DNA of 64,000 bases from assembly GCA_964019425.1 (NCBI GenBank), contig OZ025789.1:434001-498000 (forward strand), read 5' to 3'. Shown piece by piece: positions 10,115-20,400 of the stretch (position 1 is its first letter; each line of letters opens with the position of its first letter). The translations under genes were made by a program, and so were the position numbers. A model generated the notes under the pieces. That model saw nothing but the letters and a program-made list of their open reading frames with translations, was not told the DNA's origin and searched no databases. This DNA comes from Flectonema sp. DT1601. Its lineage: Eukaryota.

Positions 10115-12587
10115 CATACTTGTACCCCTTTAAAGGGGAATTAAAAATTAAAGCGGAAATAAAGGGCTTTTAATATTAAAGGGCTTTTAATTAATTCCCC
10201 TTTATTTTCCAATTTAATGAAATAAAGGGGAATTAAAGGGGATTTAATGAATTAAAGGGCCCTTTATTTTAAAATTAAAGGGGATTTAATTCCCCTTTAA
10301 TTTGGAAAAATAAAAATAAAGGGCTTTTAATGGTTTTTAATTAAAAAAAAAATCCTCCACCAGGACTCGAACCTGCAGCCTAGCGAATGCAAATCCACAA
10401 TCATACCAGTGGACAACCAGCGTCACTTAAAAAAGTTTTTTTTTAATTTTCTTTCCTATATTCTTATTGCAGGAATTATCCTTGCAAGGAATTTCTCCTC
10501 AAAAATCGTTATTTCACAAGATTCTTCTCCCACAAAAATAATTCCTGATCAAGGAAAAATTTTTACTGGGGGTTTCCTTTGGTGATCTGGTAAGGAATTA
10601 TTATTGTGAGGATTTTTTTTTTTGGAAATTTTTTTTTCAGCAAAAATTCTTGAGTTCCTCACAAGAATTTCGGCACGAGGTATTAAGTTGCTCGACCTTC
10701 GCTGTTTTTTTCGATACGTGATTAGTCCGTTAGAGGACTGTCGGTGTGAAAGGAAAGAAAGTCGGAACGGTGGCCAAAGATTAGTGAGTTGACTGAGTTG
10801 GTCAGTTACCAGCATGGTAGCTAGCGGTTTCCTTATGATGTTAAATATCGTTATGATGATATAGTTGTATTTTACAAATCAAACTCAAACGCCCCCCTTC
10901 CTGGTGTTCGTCTTGGTGATTAATTCACAGTTGAATAACTCGATTCCGTACTGCACTGAATGACAACACGGAAAAAAGAGATGTGTATGCAGCTGAGAGG
11001 AATCGTAACTTCAAGTGCTTTTGCATTCTGAAGATTGCAATGGATGATATTTAAATCTGTCAGTGAGTATCAATTGGTGGGTAGACCACCGAAGTTACTG
11101 TGAACAAACCAGCGTGTCCAAAGCAGGCGTTCGTCTTGTATTTTACGTATAAAATCCAACAGTTAACCCCCTTCAAGTTTTCAAGACAATATAATTATTA
11201 ATTAAATACTCATGGGTTTTATAAAAAACTGTTGCGGTTACATAAGCAAGTGGTGCTCAACTATGTTCACGTGGTATTTATTTATCTGCAGTCATTTACT
11301 ACGCTGCCGCTGACAGTCAAGATTGTCAGAGAAATACCTGGTCAATTTGACTTGACATCATTTTTTCTCGCAATTTTAAAATAAAAACTTTCTCCTCTCT
11401 TTAGGCTATTACTACAAACTTTATTTTCAATCTCTCAAGACAAAAGCTTATGTGGGAACAATTAGACAGGAGCATGATATCCAAAAGTTACATGTCTGAA
11501 ATCATGGAGAATACATTCTTTCGGAGTTGCTTTAACCAGTAGAATCAGATGCGTGGTCCGTTCCGGTAGGACTCCCTTCTTACGAATGTGTGGTGCCTCG
11601 TGTTAGCGCTTTGGATAGTAATAACCATTGGCGGCGACTATGCACGGGGTGGCCAGTGGGTTTAATGAGGTTGTTGTGTAATCCCCTTCCATGGCTCTGT
11701 TTCGGCATGCTGGAAAGCGAAGCTCTGAAGTTTACTTCAGGTTAGTCTTGTAAGCCTATCCTTCCGGTTCAGTTCTCGGCTTGGTTGATTCCCTCGATCG
11801 TCCCATCCAGGAGTTTGTGTGCATGGTGAGGCCCTCTGGAAACCCAGCCCAGCACAAGACACCAGGCTCACGGCGAAGATTGGACCCGAAAGTAACCTTG
11901 CGTTCTGTTCTGTTGGCAAGCTCTCTGGCTGAGTGCGTTCGAAGTGAGTGGAATTGCTAGTTTGTTGGGTTATGTTCGTAGCAGCTTCACGGTGACGGCG
12001 GCCTTACTGAGAATTATCCCTGGTTGTTACGTGTTGAAAGTCACAGGTTATAGCGTCAAAATAACACTCGCGTGGGTGGTTGCTCTCTTCGGAAAGCATA
12101 ACTTCAGACCCGTCAATTCGCGGCGCTTATATCTACACACATTAATTAGTTGAACGAGTTCAAGTCACTTCCCTGCATAGCAGATCCGTGTCCTCTGTAC
12201 TAACGCTATACTAAGTGTGACTGTGACTGATACACGTAATGGTTGGGTTCTTTAAGTACTCAGGACTGGTTGCTTGCTGATGTGAATGCTGACGTTCGAA
12301 CTGCCCCGACTTTCGAGTAATTTCCTTTCCGACTTAGGATGACGCAGCGTGGTGGGTGCCTTGGGATTTAATAAATAAAGCGGAAATAAAGGGGCTTTCC
12401 CACCCCCCTTTATTCCGCTTATTTCCCCTTTATTTCCCCTTTATTTTGGAAAAAAAGGAAAAAAAGCCCTTTATTTGGATTAAAAGCCCTTTATTTCCCC
12501 TTTATTTTGGAATTACGGAAATTAAAGGGCATTAAAAGCCCTTTAATTTCCCCTTTATTTTGCCCCCTTTAAAGGGGTACAAGTATG
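10115..12587. mobile_element. Non-autonomous TIR DNA transposon, 2473 bp
   Basis: Perfect 24-bp TIR CATACTTGTACCCCTTTAAAGGGG (10115-10138 / 12564-12587). 6-bp TSD ATAATA (10109-10114 / 12588-12593). Dense subterminal AAAGGG/CCCTTT repeats at both ends. No long ORF. Confidence 0.9.
10353..10423 (-). pseudogene. tRNA-derived sequence (A box, B box, oligo-T terminator) inside TIR element
   Basis: Minus strand reads TTGTCCACTGGTATGATT (A box/D arm), GTGGA-TTTGCA-TTCGC arm and CAGG-TTCGAGT-CCTG T arm, then T10. The acceptor stem does not pair. Confidence 0.7.
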
Positions 12588-12779
12588 ATAATAGATAATA
12601 ATAATTTGGTTTTATAACCTTACTTTTTATTAATATCATCTTTTTTTTTTTTTCAAAAAAAAAAAAAAAAACAGATGATACAAAAAAAAATAATAATGGT
12701 GTTGGTCTTTTTTTTATTTCATAGTTTCAAGTTACTTTTTATGTTTAATCACATTCATTGACACAAGCAATTTAATTAA

Positions 12780-13517
12780 ATGCTTCGAATAGCATCGAAA
12801 AGATGGTGTACTGGAGCACCAACACGAGAACAATTACTCCGACTAAGTATAAAAGATTTAACGACACTAGCAAAGAAGAAACGATTATCGACTTCAGATT
12901 GTATAGAAAAATCTCACATAATAGATAAGATATTGGGACAGGATGGGAAACTTCAAGGTGGAACCAACGAGGTCAGGGAATACAAAGAAATCGGATTTTT
13001 CACAAAAAATGAAAAACAAATGCTGTCGGTACTATCAGGATTACTTCTGACATACGTCATTTATAGAATTTGGAAGATGATGGAAGACGATGAAGTTACA
13101 AAACTTCGAAAAGCAACTGAAAACGGAGACCTCATCGCAAAGAAAGAACTCGCAAAACGTCTATCAAGTGGTGATGGAACTCACTCTGATTCTGAGACAG
13201 CTTTTAAACTACTACTTGAATTAGCAGACGAGCAGAAAGACCCCTGGGCACAGTGTGAAGTTGGTGGTATGTATTGCAGAGGTCATGGAGTTGAAGCAAA
13301 TATCCCAAACTGTTTTGAATACATGCTCTTGTCAGCTAAACAAGGAAATGTCAATGCGATGTATAACGTAGCTGATCTTTATAAGGACGGCATTGGAACT
13401 AATCGCGACCATGATAACGCATTAAAATGGAAAATGAACGCAATGGGTTCACAATCAACTGCTAAAGAACGATTAGAGGCTGGCTTAGCACCGATAATTT
13501 CTAAACCGGCTGACTGA
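12780..13517 (+). CDS. Sel1-like repeat protein, likely mitochondrial membrane-anchored
   Basis: MLR... presequence-like start, one TM (MLSVLSGLLLTYVIY), Sel1 repeats AQCEVGGMYCRGHGV and AMYNVADLYKDGIGT. Confidence 0.8.
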   Translation: MLRIASKRWCTGAPTREQLLRLSIKDLTTLAKKKRLSTSDCIEKSHIIDKILGQDGKLQGGTNEVREYKEIGFFTKNEKQMLSVLSGLLLTYVIYRIWKMMEDDEVTKLRKATENGDLIAKKELAKRLSSGDGTHSDSETAFKLLLELADEQKDPWAQCEVGGMYCRGHGVEANIPNCFEYMLLSAKQGNVNAMYNVADLYKDGIGTNRDHDNALKWKMNAMGSQSTAKERLEAGLAPIISKPAD

Positions 13518-13775
13518 AAGGGTTCACCAGATCAACTTATCAAGATGACCCATTACTATATTGTGGTTAGATTATGTTTGAATTTGGGACAAGGTTGGGA
13601 AAAAAAAAAAAAAAAATATCAAACTTCTTCCCTCCCCAGTCAGTTACATTAACATTAGGATTGTGACTGGAAGCGTTGATTTAATTATTTATGTGTATTG
13701 CCATTCCAGGATTAATATATTCTTTCAAAAGATCTTTACAACAACACGCACCCCCCTCTCCTCAAAAAAAAAAAT

Positions 13776-15242
13776 ATGATATCACTCAGCATGAGAACCA
13801 CAGTGGTGATTGCGATTATCACAATCGTTATTGCTTTGTTATTGTCACCAGCGTTCCTTGTCCATGGAACACGAGGACTTTATTGCAACTTATTTCCGTT
13901 CGTATGCTCTCCAACTGTAATGGGAAGATGTCACAACGATTTCGAACTAACTCGAAAAGTATTCGAAGAAAACTTCGCAAAAAGAGGAGAAGTAGGAGCT
14001 GCTGTCGCAGTTTACTTTAGAGGAGAACTGGTTGTAGATATGTGGGGAGGTGATTGGGGTCAATTTAAAAAAGCAAAATTGAGATCCACAGCTGGGATAA
14101 ATAGAATGATTATAGCAATGTTTATGGAGGAAGGTATCTTAAAACTAGAAGACAGCATCACTGACCTCCTTCCTATAAGAAGTAGTCAACATATTAAGCA
14201 AGATATCACTGTTGAGCATTTGCTTACAGAGCAGTTTACTTTAGAACAAAAAACTTCAGATAATAATCTTCGTGCGCCGTCATCGAAAACGCAATCTGTC
14301 ACTCGGTGGGTTTTACGACTAAGAAACTCATCAGAGACGGCTGTTGCGAAATTCGGTTATTATCCTCAAATAGTTGATAGCATTCTGTCGGATATTATTA
14401 AGAATGTCGATCCAACTGGTAGAGACATTCCTCAAATATTTTCTGAAAAAATTGCACCGCTACTTCAACCAGACATCGGTGATGGAATCACATTCAATAC
14501 TCTTGGTTCTGTACCTGATGATACACAATCACTTAATATGTTGTCTGTGTTGCTTCGTCTTTATGATAACACAACTGATTCTTGGGCTGGACCATTTCCT
14601 GTTCGTGATTTGTGGAGAAGTGTTCTGTTTGAAGGTAGAGTTGGATTCACAGAATACGTTCAAAGAACTTCAACGCCAATAAAAGAAATGTTGGACCTAA
14701 CAGAAGACGTTCCGACATGTGAAGCGACAGCTAAGTCTCTTGCTAGGCTTTACTCAGCTGTTGCATGCGGTGATCCAGGATCGAAGACTGATATGGGATA
14801 TAAGAGTGGTCATAGTTTCTACAAGTCTCGTCTGACTACAGATTGCATTGCTTTAAAACATTTAACTGGTCTTGATGATATTGGTAGAAACGTATCGAAA
14901 TCAAGCTGTGGTTTTATAACCACATCTGAGGAAGAATCTTTATTCGGTCTTAAAGAAGCTCAGACTCATGGTCGCCGATGGATGCATTTCGCATGGTCAA
15001 ATTTCGCTGGGTCATATGCAGCTGCTTCAGTTGGTCATGGTGTTTCAGTGGTGTACTTAACTAATAGAGAGGGTCCTTATGACAAAGACCCTCGTGTTAA
15101 AAATATTTTGGAAGCTGTTCGCGAGACGGTCTATTGGAAAGAGTTGGAGGAATTCACTGCTGGATTGAAGAAAAAGGGAATCACGACTGTTAAAAACTAC
15201 GATGACTTACCTGCTGATGCTGAGGAAGTCGAACACCAGTGA
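13776..15242 (+). CDS. Beta-lactamase/serine hydrolase (EstB-like) family protein with signal anchor
   Basis: FEENFAKRGEVGAAVAVYFRGELVVDMWGG, ITVEHLLT, ATAKSLARLY, YLTN. The SxxK motif appears degenerate. Confidence 0.75.
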   Translation: MISLSMRTTVVIAIITIVIALLLSPAFLVHGTRGLYCNLFPFVCSPTVMGRCHNDFELTRKVFEENFAKRGEVGAAVAVYFRGELVVDMWGGDWGQFKKAKLRSTAGINRMIIAMFMEEGILKLEDSITDLLPIRSSQHIKQDITVEHLLTEQFTLEQKTSDNNLRAPSSKTQSVTRWVLRLRNSSETAVAKFGYYPQIVDSILSDIIKNVDPTGRDIPQIFSEKIAPLLQPDIGDGITFNTLGSVPDDTQSLNMLSVLLRLYDNTTDSWAGPFPVRDLWRSVLFEGRVGFTEYVQRTSTPIKEMLDLTEDVPTCEATAKSLARLYSAVACGDPGSKTDMGYKSGHSFYKSRLTTDCIALKHLTGLDDIGRNVSKSSCGFITTSEEESLFGLKEAQTHGRRWMHFAWSNFAGSYAAASVGHGVSVVYLTNREGPYDKDPRVKNILEAVRETVYWKELEEFTAGLKKKGITTVKNYDDLPADAEEVEHQ

Positions 15243-15603
15243 CGACTCCCTTTTATGTTTGATTTGATGTACGCAATCATTATGTTGGGAATTGGATGTC
15301 TAAAGGAATCTTGTTTTTTTTTAAATTTTTTTTTTTAAAATCGTTTTTTTAATTTATCTAAAAATAATAGTCACTTTTCCCCCCCGTCATCACAATAAAC
15401 ATAACTTCTACACCATGAATGATGATGAGACAGAATAGAGGTAAAGAGGTATATGGATTACTCTCGAAACCTAAATAGTTATTGTCAACTGAATCTAAAA
15501 ACTAATGTTAAAATTATCTTTTTATGTTTTTTTAATGATACAAAAAAAAAAAAAACACAGATGTAATTTTTTTTTACAAAAAAAAAAAAAAAAAAATCGT
15601 CAC

Positions 15604-17214
15604 ATGAAAGTATGCGAAATCGGATTATTGTTGATCGCTGTTGCGGTAGCCGTGTTTTTAACTAAGTGGGAGTCTTTGGAATCGGAGTTGGAAAAGTTTT
15701 TCGTTAATATAAATGAGAGAGGAGATCCGATAGCTCTTCTTATAACAAAAGGAAGATTATATCCCAACAGATTCTACCTATTAAATAAAATTATTGATCG
15801 CAATGAGAGGGTTACATCATCACCACTGACGGCTATACACTACGCATCTATTCATAAAGAACATCAAATAATCAACCTCCTAATTCAGAAGGGATATCAA
15901 CCAGATTCTGTGGTATCATCAAATGGGAGAATAGCTGGTGCGACTCCTCTTCATTTTACTTTATCGTCGTCAATGCAACAAGCGATTTCAATTGCGAGGG
16001 AATTGTTGAGGGGTGAGGGTGGTTCTTATTCGAATTTTAATATTGCTGAGGGTAGGAAATTAAGTTCTAAATTGAATTATTTGTATTCTGAAAACCGAAA
16101 TGCGTCTGTCGTTGAGATGAAAGACGTCGTCGATGCGGTCAATGACTGGAATTACTTTTTCATAACATCATCAAAACTCATAACAAAAAAATCAATTTAC
16201 GCAACGGAAGACTCTCTTCAGCGTACGGCAGCTCATTTTGCAGCATTATCAGGAAACACAGCAATCATAGATGAGATGATTAAGTATGATTCAGAAAATA
16301 AATTATTGAAAATCAAAGATAGGCTTGGACACACTATTGCGCATTATTTATCAATGAAAAAACATGAGGAATATAAGAAGTACGATTTAGGTTTGAAGGA
16401 TATGCTAGGCCGAAGTGCTTCGCAAGTATTCGACATTTCAAAATTACGATCAAATCAAAAACGACAAATTAAGAATTTGAATACCTGGAATCCAGAACAC
16501 ATCCACATCAATGGTGATTGTGATATTGACTCAGTGGATGGTATTCCTTCACCTGATCGGTTCTTTGGTGACTACCTTTCTGTTGGAAAGCCCTTACTGA
16601 TGCGTGGTGCTGCCCTAAACTGGGACATTCGAAAACATTGGAAAAAAAGTACAATCTTAAAAAGAAATTCTAACTTTATGGTAGAGGCGGGTTCGATTCC
16701 CTACGCTGGTCTTTTTGGTTTGGAATCGGAAAAGATTGAGATTGGAAAATTTATAAAAAATAACATGTCCGGGGGTGATGATGCTCACCGGTCTTACGTG
16801 TTTCACACTTTTGGATCTCCTGAAGAAGGTTTAACAGCACAAGTACCGAACCCTCCAAAGTTTCTAATGGGAATACCTCCAGCCCTTTTACGATCATCAC
16901 CCGGTGAGCCGCCTTACAAGGGACAGTTCTATCTCGGAGCTAATGGAACTGGCGCTCCTGAACACGTCCATTCTGATGCGTGGAATGGTCTGGTTTATGG
17001 GGCTAAAAGCTGGTGGCTTTCTCCACCTCAACATTCGCATTTCTCATTGGAAGTCCCGTCTGCGGATTATAAGATCAGGAAAGGTCAATTATACTGTCAA
17101 CAACTTGAGGGTGATATTTTATACGTCCCAGCTGACTGGGGACACTCGACTAGAAATGATGCAACTGCTGTGGGTGTGGCAGTCGAATTTCGCTTTGCTA
17201 GAAACTTTTTGTGA
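15604..17214 (+). CDS. Signal-anchored ankyrin-repeat plus JmjC (JMJD8-like/cupin) protein
   Basis: Ankyrin repeats TAIHYA, TPLHF, TAAHFAA. JmjC FYLGANGTGAPEHVHSDAWN...GDILYVPADWGH. Start placed at ATG 15604. Confidence 0.8.
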   Translation: MKVCEIGLLLIAVAVAVFLTKWESLESELEKFFVNINERGDPIALLITKGRLYPNRFYLLNKIIDRNERVTSSPLTAIHYASIHKEHQIINLLIQKGYQPDSVVSSNGRIAGATPLHFTLSSSMQQAISIARELLRGEGGSYSNFNIAEGRKLSSKLNYLYSENRNASVVEMKDVVDAVNDWNYFFITSSKLITKKSIYATEDSLQRTAAHFAALSGNTAIIDEMIKYDSENKLLKIKDRLGHTIAHYLSMKKHEEYKKYDLGLKDMLGRSASQVFDISKLRSNQKRQIKNLNTWNPEHIHINGDCDIDSVDGIPSPDRFFGDYLSVGKPLLMRGAALNWDIRKHWKKSTILKRNSNFMVEAGSIPYAGLFGLESEKIEIGKFIKNNMSGGDDAHRSYVFHTFGSPEEGLTAQVPNPPKFLMGIPPALLRSSPGEPPYKGQFYLGANGTGAPEHVHSDAWNGLVYGAKSWWLSPPQHSHFSLEVPSADYKIRKGQLYCQQLEGDILYVPADWGHSTRNDATAVGVAVEFRFARNFL

Positions 17215-17482
17215 AATAAGAAAACACCCACTGGTGTGAATTATTATTAACATTCATGTCGCCAAATACCATCAGAAACTAATTAGACCCTTCTTTGTAG
17301 TAGTCATGTTGTGTTACCATTCATGTGGCGTGTTTGCCGTTTGACTGACTGCTATTATTTATTATGCTGACATTTTAGTACTGTGCTAAAAATGTCTCGA
17401 TTATTCTTTTTTTTTTTTCCTGTAAAAAAAAAAAAAAATTGTTTTATTATTTCCGTACAGCATCTTCCCACCAAAAAATAAT

Positions 17483-20400
17483 ATGGCGACGCATCCCCCC
17501 AGTAGATGCCATACTCCGCGCCCTCTACCTCCTGAAATGTCTCGTTACAACAGTATTAGAACGGTCGGTCAAGGAAGTTTTGGAGCAGCTATATTAGTGA
17601 CCAGAGGTGAAGAACAGTTTATTGCAAAAGAAATGACTATAGGAAAGATGAGTCCAGTTGAAAGGGAATCGGTCGACACGGAGGTGAAAATCTTAAGCGC
17701 GCTTGTTCACCCTAACATTATAAGATACGAAGAGTGTGTAGCAGCAGGACATGTATTATATATTATTATGGAGTTCGCTGATGGGGGTGATCTTTATCAG
17801 CGGGTTCAAAATTTAGAACGACCCATGTCAGAAGATGGAGTTTTGTATATTTTTGCACAAATTTGCTTAGCTGTCAGACATTTGCACAGCAGAAAGATTT
17901 TACACCGGGACTTGAAGACTCAAAATGTCTTCTTAACGAGGGATAATATAGTAAAGTTGGGTGATTTTGGGTTAGCTACTGCCCTCCGTCATACTTGGCA
18001 ACAGGCGCATTCTCTCTGTGGAACTCCTCACTATTTCAGTCCAGAATTAGTAGCAGGACGTCCGTATAACAACAAAGCAGACATATGGTCGATGGGATGT
18101 ATTCTTTATGAACTTCTCACTCAGAGATTCGCATTTTTAGGAAATACCCTTCAAGAGATTATGCATAGGATCCAGTGTGAACAGCCATCACCAATTCCAC
18201 AACACTACAGTGATGGTTTACGTAGAATTCTAAGTAGAATGCTCTGTAAGGAACAAGCAATACGACCTAATATTGAAGCATTGATGAGAGCTAACATCCT
18301 GAAGTCAGCACTTCACAGAATTCACGCTGTGTTGGCAGGTGGTGGTGTTCCAAGCAGTGGTGGATCTCCTCAACTGGACCCGGGGATCCCGAGAGTTGAA
18401 AGTACGTCATCGTCTAATAGTATTCCAACAAAAACACCGATAGCTGTCGCGGAAGTGGTAGAAGACTTTGCTGTGGTTGGATCTCCTCAAACAAAAGAAG
18501 ACGATTTAATGCGACTTGAAAATGAGATTCTCTTTGACCATCTTAGCGGGCAATGTAATGCATCTCGTGCAAACGGTGCACTCCTCGATGAAGTTACTCG
18601 CTCTTTAGAAAATGTTCGCGGTACTGATGACGAAGAAGACATCGTCGGTGGAGAAGAATTCGGCGACGAGTATCCTCTTGCGCAAACTAACCAGACTAAT
18701 ACGTCTACGCGAGACTCCAGTGATCCACTTGAAAACTCTCTTGAGGGAGAGGTATGGAATATTATTTTTTTGCATTTAACAAGTATTGTAAGAACGAAAA
18801 AGAATGTTGGCAGCACACGTAAACCTCCTTTAGCTTTATCAGTTTAAGTCGGTTCACGGTTTCGTGCACAAACAAAAAACTCACAAAATGTCGAAAGTAG
18901 ATATCCCACAAGATTTCGACTGGTCAACTGTCGAGGTGCCTGAGATCCCGGAAGGGGCGCATCCGTCAGCGACAGACCAATGTTGTGTGTTTCCGTTATG
19001 CGGAAAAATACATACGGACGGCACGAACTGTCACCGATGCGGTGAAATGGGCGAGACGGAATGTCTCAAGTCCCGTTTAGGCAACGACGAAGTCACCCAA
19101 GCCAGGTGGTTGCCTGAGGCATCCCAGGAATGGGTGTGTCCTCCATGTGGGTTTGTGCTCCGGAATGGAGCCCCATATGCAATGCTCGTACCGGAAGGGC
19201 GACATTTTAACGCAACGATGCCAGTTGCGGAAACAGTTAAGGAATTAACTGTAGTGGAGCGGGTGACGATGGATCCACGTAGGGTCGTCACTTGGGTGGA
19301 AAACCTAAAAACCCCGTCTGGCCTGAATTACGTGTTTGCAGGTTTGCAACAGCGTTACGGCACAGTCAACGGAAAAGCAATCCCGGAGACTGCTGTCGAG
19401 GGCGGGGGGGCAGTGTCGCACGAAATGCGGCACTTGCTGAGAATGATTGACGGCCTGCTACCGGTCTCCAACAGCTCAGGGCACGTCAGGCAGACGTTGC
19501 AAGTGGCGGTGGACCGCATGGAAGATCTGCTGTTCTCGACGAGGAACAGAAAGATGACCGGCGCCTATGAGGGGTACCTCAAGACGTACGGATACGGGGA
19601 GTATACGGAGCGACTAATTGGCCTCGCGATGAAGGAGACGATGAGAACCGCGCTCCCGGGACAAACCCACGAGGGTGACCAAATGAGCGGTGGCGACCGT
19701 AAACGTCATTTTTCCGGGAAGGGAGCTGGAGGAAATTTTTCCGGGAAGGGAGCTGGAGGAAAGAGGAAGTATTGAATGGAGGAAAAACCACACGATGTGT
19801 GGGGGCCTGTTCCGGAAGGGACGCAAGGCAAAAAGCGGATCGGAAGACCGCCGAAAAAATCACTTGCCATAGTGAACTCGGAGAAACTCGAGGAACTCGA
19901 GAGTCAGCTGGACCTGACACTGACCGGTTGTTTCGCCGAATCGACACAAGCATCGATAAGATCGGTAATGCGAAATTGGATCCCCTTCGATGCAACCATA
20001 TGTGCGATAAAACCGGATATGCCGCCGACGCGGAGTTTCCTCCTGTGGCTACAGGCAAAGATCAACTTGGGAGAGTTGCAACCACAGTCGGCGAACCAAT
20101 ACTTGGCAAGTTTTCGCTCGGCTGCAATTCCGCCCACAGCTGCATTCCGGAAGGCCATGACAAGGTCAACAGACGAAAATCAGCGAAGGGAGGGAATGCT
20201 GACGAAAATACGCACCAAGGAAGAGATCACGGAAGTAATCCGTCGACAGGAAGGGATGTATGTAGCGGTGTTGGCCACACAATGGTCTCTGGCGGCGAGA
20301 TTTATCGACCTGATGCTACTGAGGAGACGGGACATCCGGGAAGTCAGGAACGGTTACCTAATTGGCTTGGTCGGGGGGAAGACCGACAAAACGAGACGAG

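Noticed and set aside
10353..10423. Functional tRNA gene
   Set aside because: The acceptor stem does not pair and the anticodon loop is irregular; kept only as a tRNA-derived module.
12199..12216. ACTAACGCTATACTAAGT resembling the 5' end of a kinetoplastid spliced leader
   Set aside because: Short match with no following CAGTTTCTGTACTTTATTG or GT donor; compatible with chance.
11300..12360. Transposase remnant inside TIR element 1
   Set aside because: Only short ORFs (under 70 aa) and no motif I can recognise.
15419..15492. Possible C/D box snoRNA (ATGATGA...CTGA)
   Set aside because: No terminal stem or verifiable rRNA guide, and the boxes are common in AT-rich DNA.
18752..18847. C-terminal extension of the NEK ORF (VWNIIFLHLTSIVRTKK...)
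   Set aside because: Read-through into the intron and repeat A1. The same peptide appears in ORF 22322..22609 from A2.
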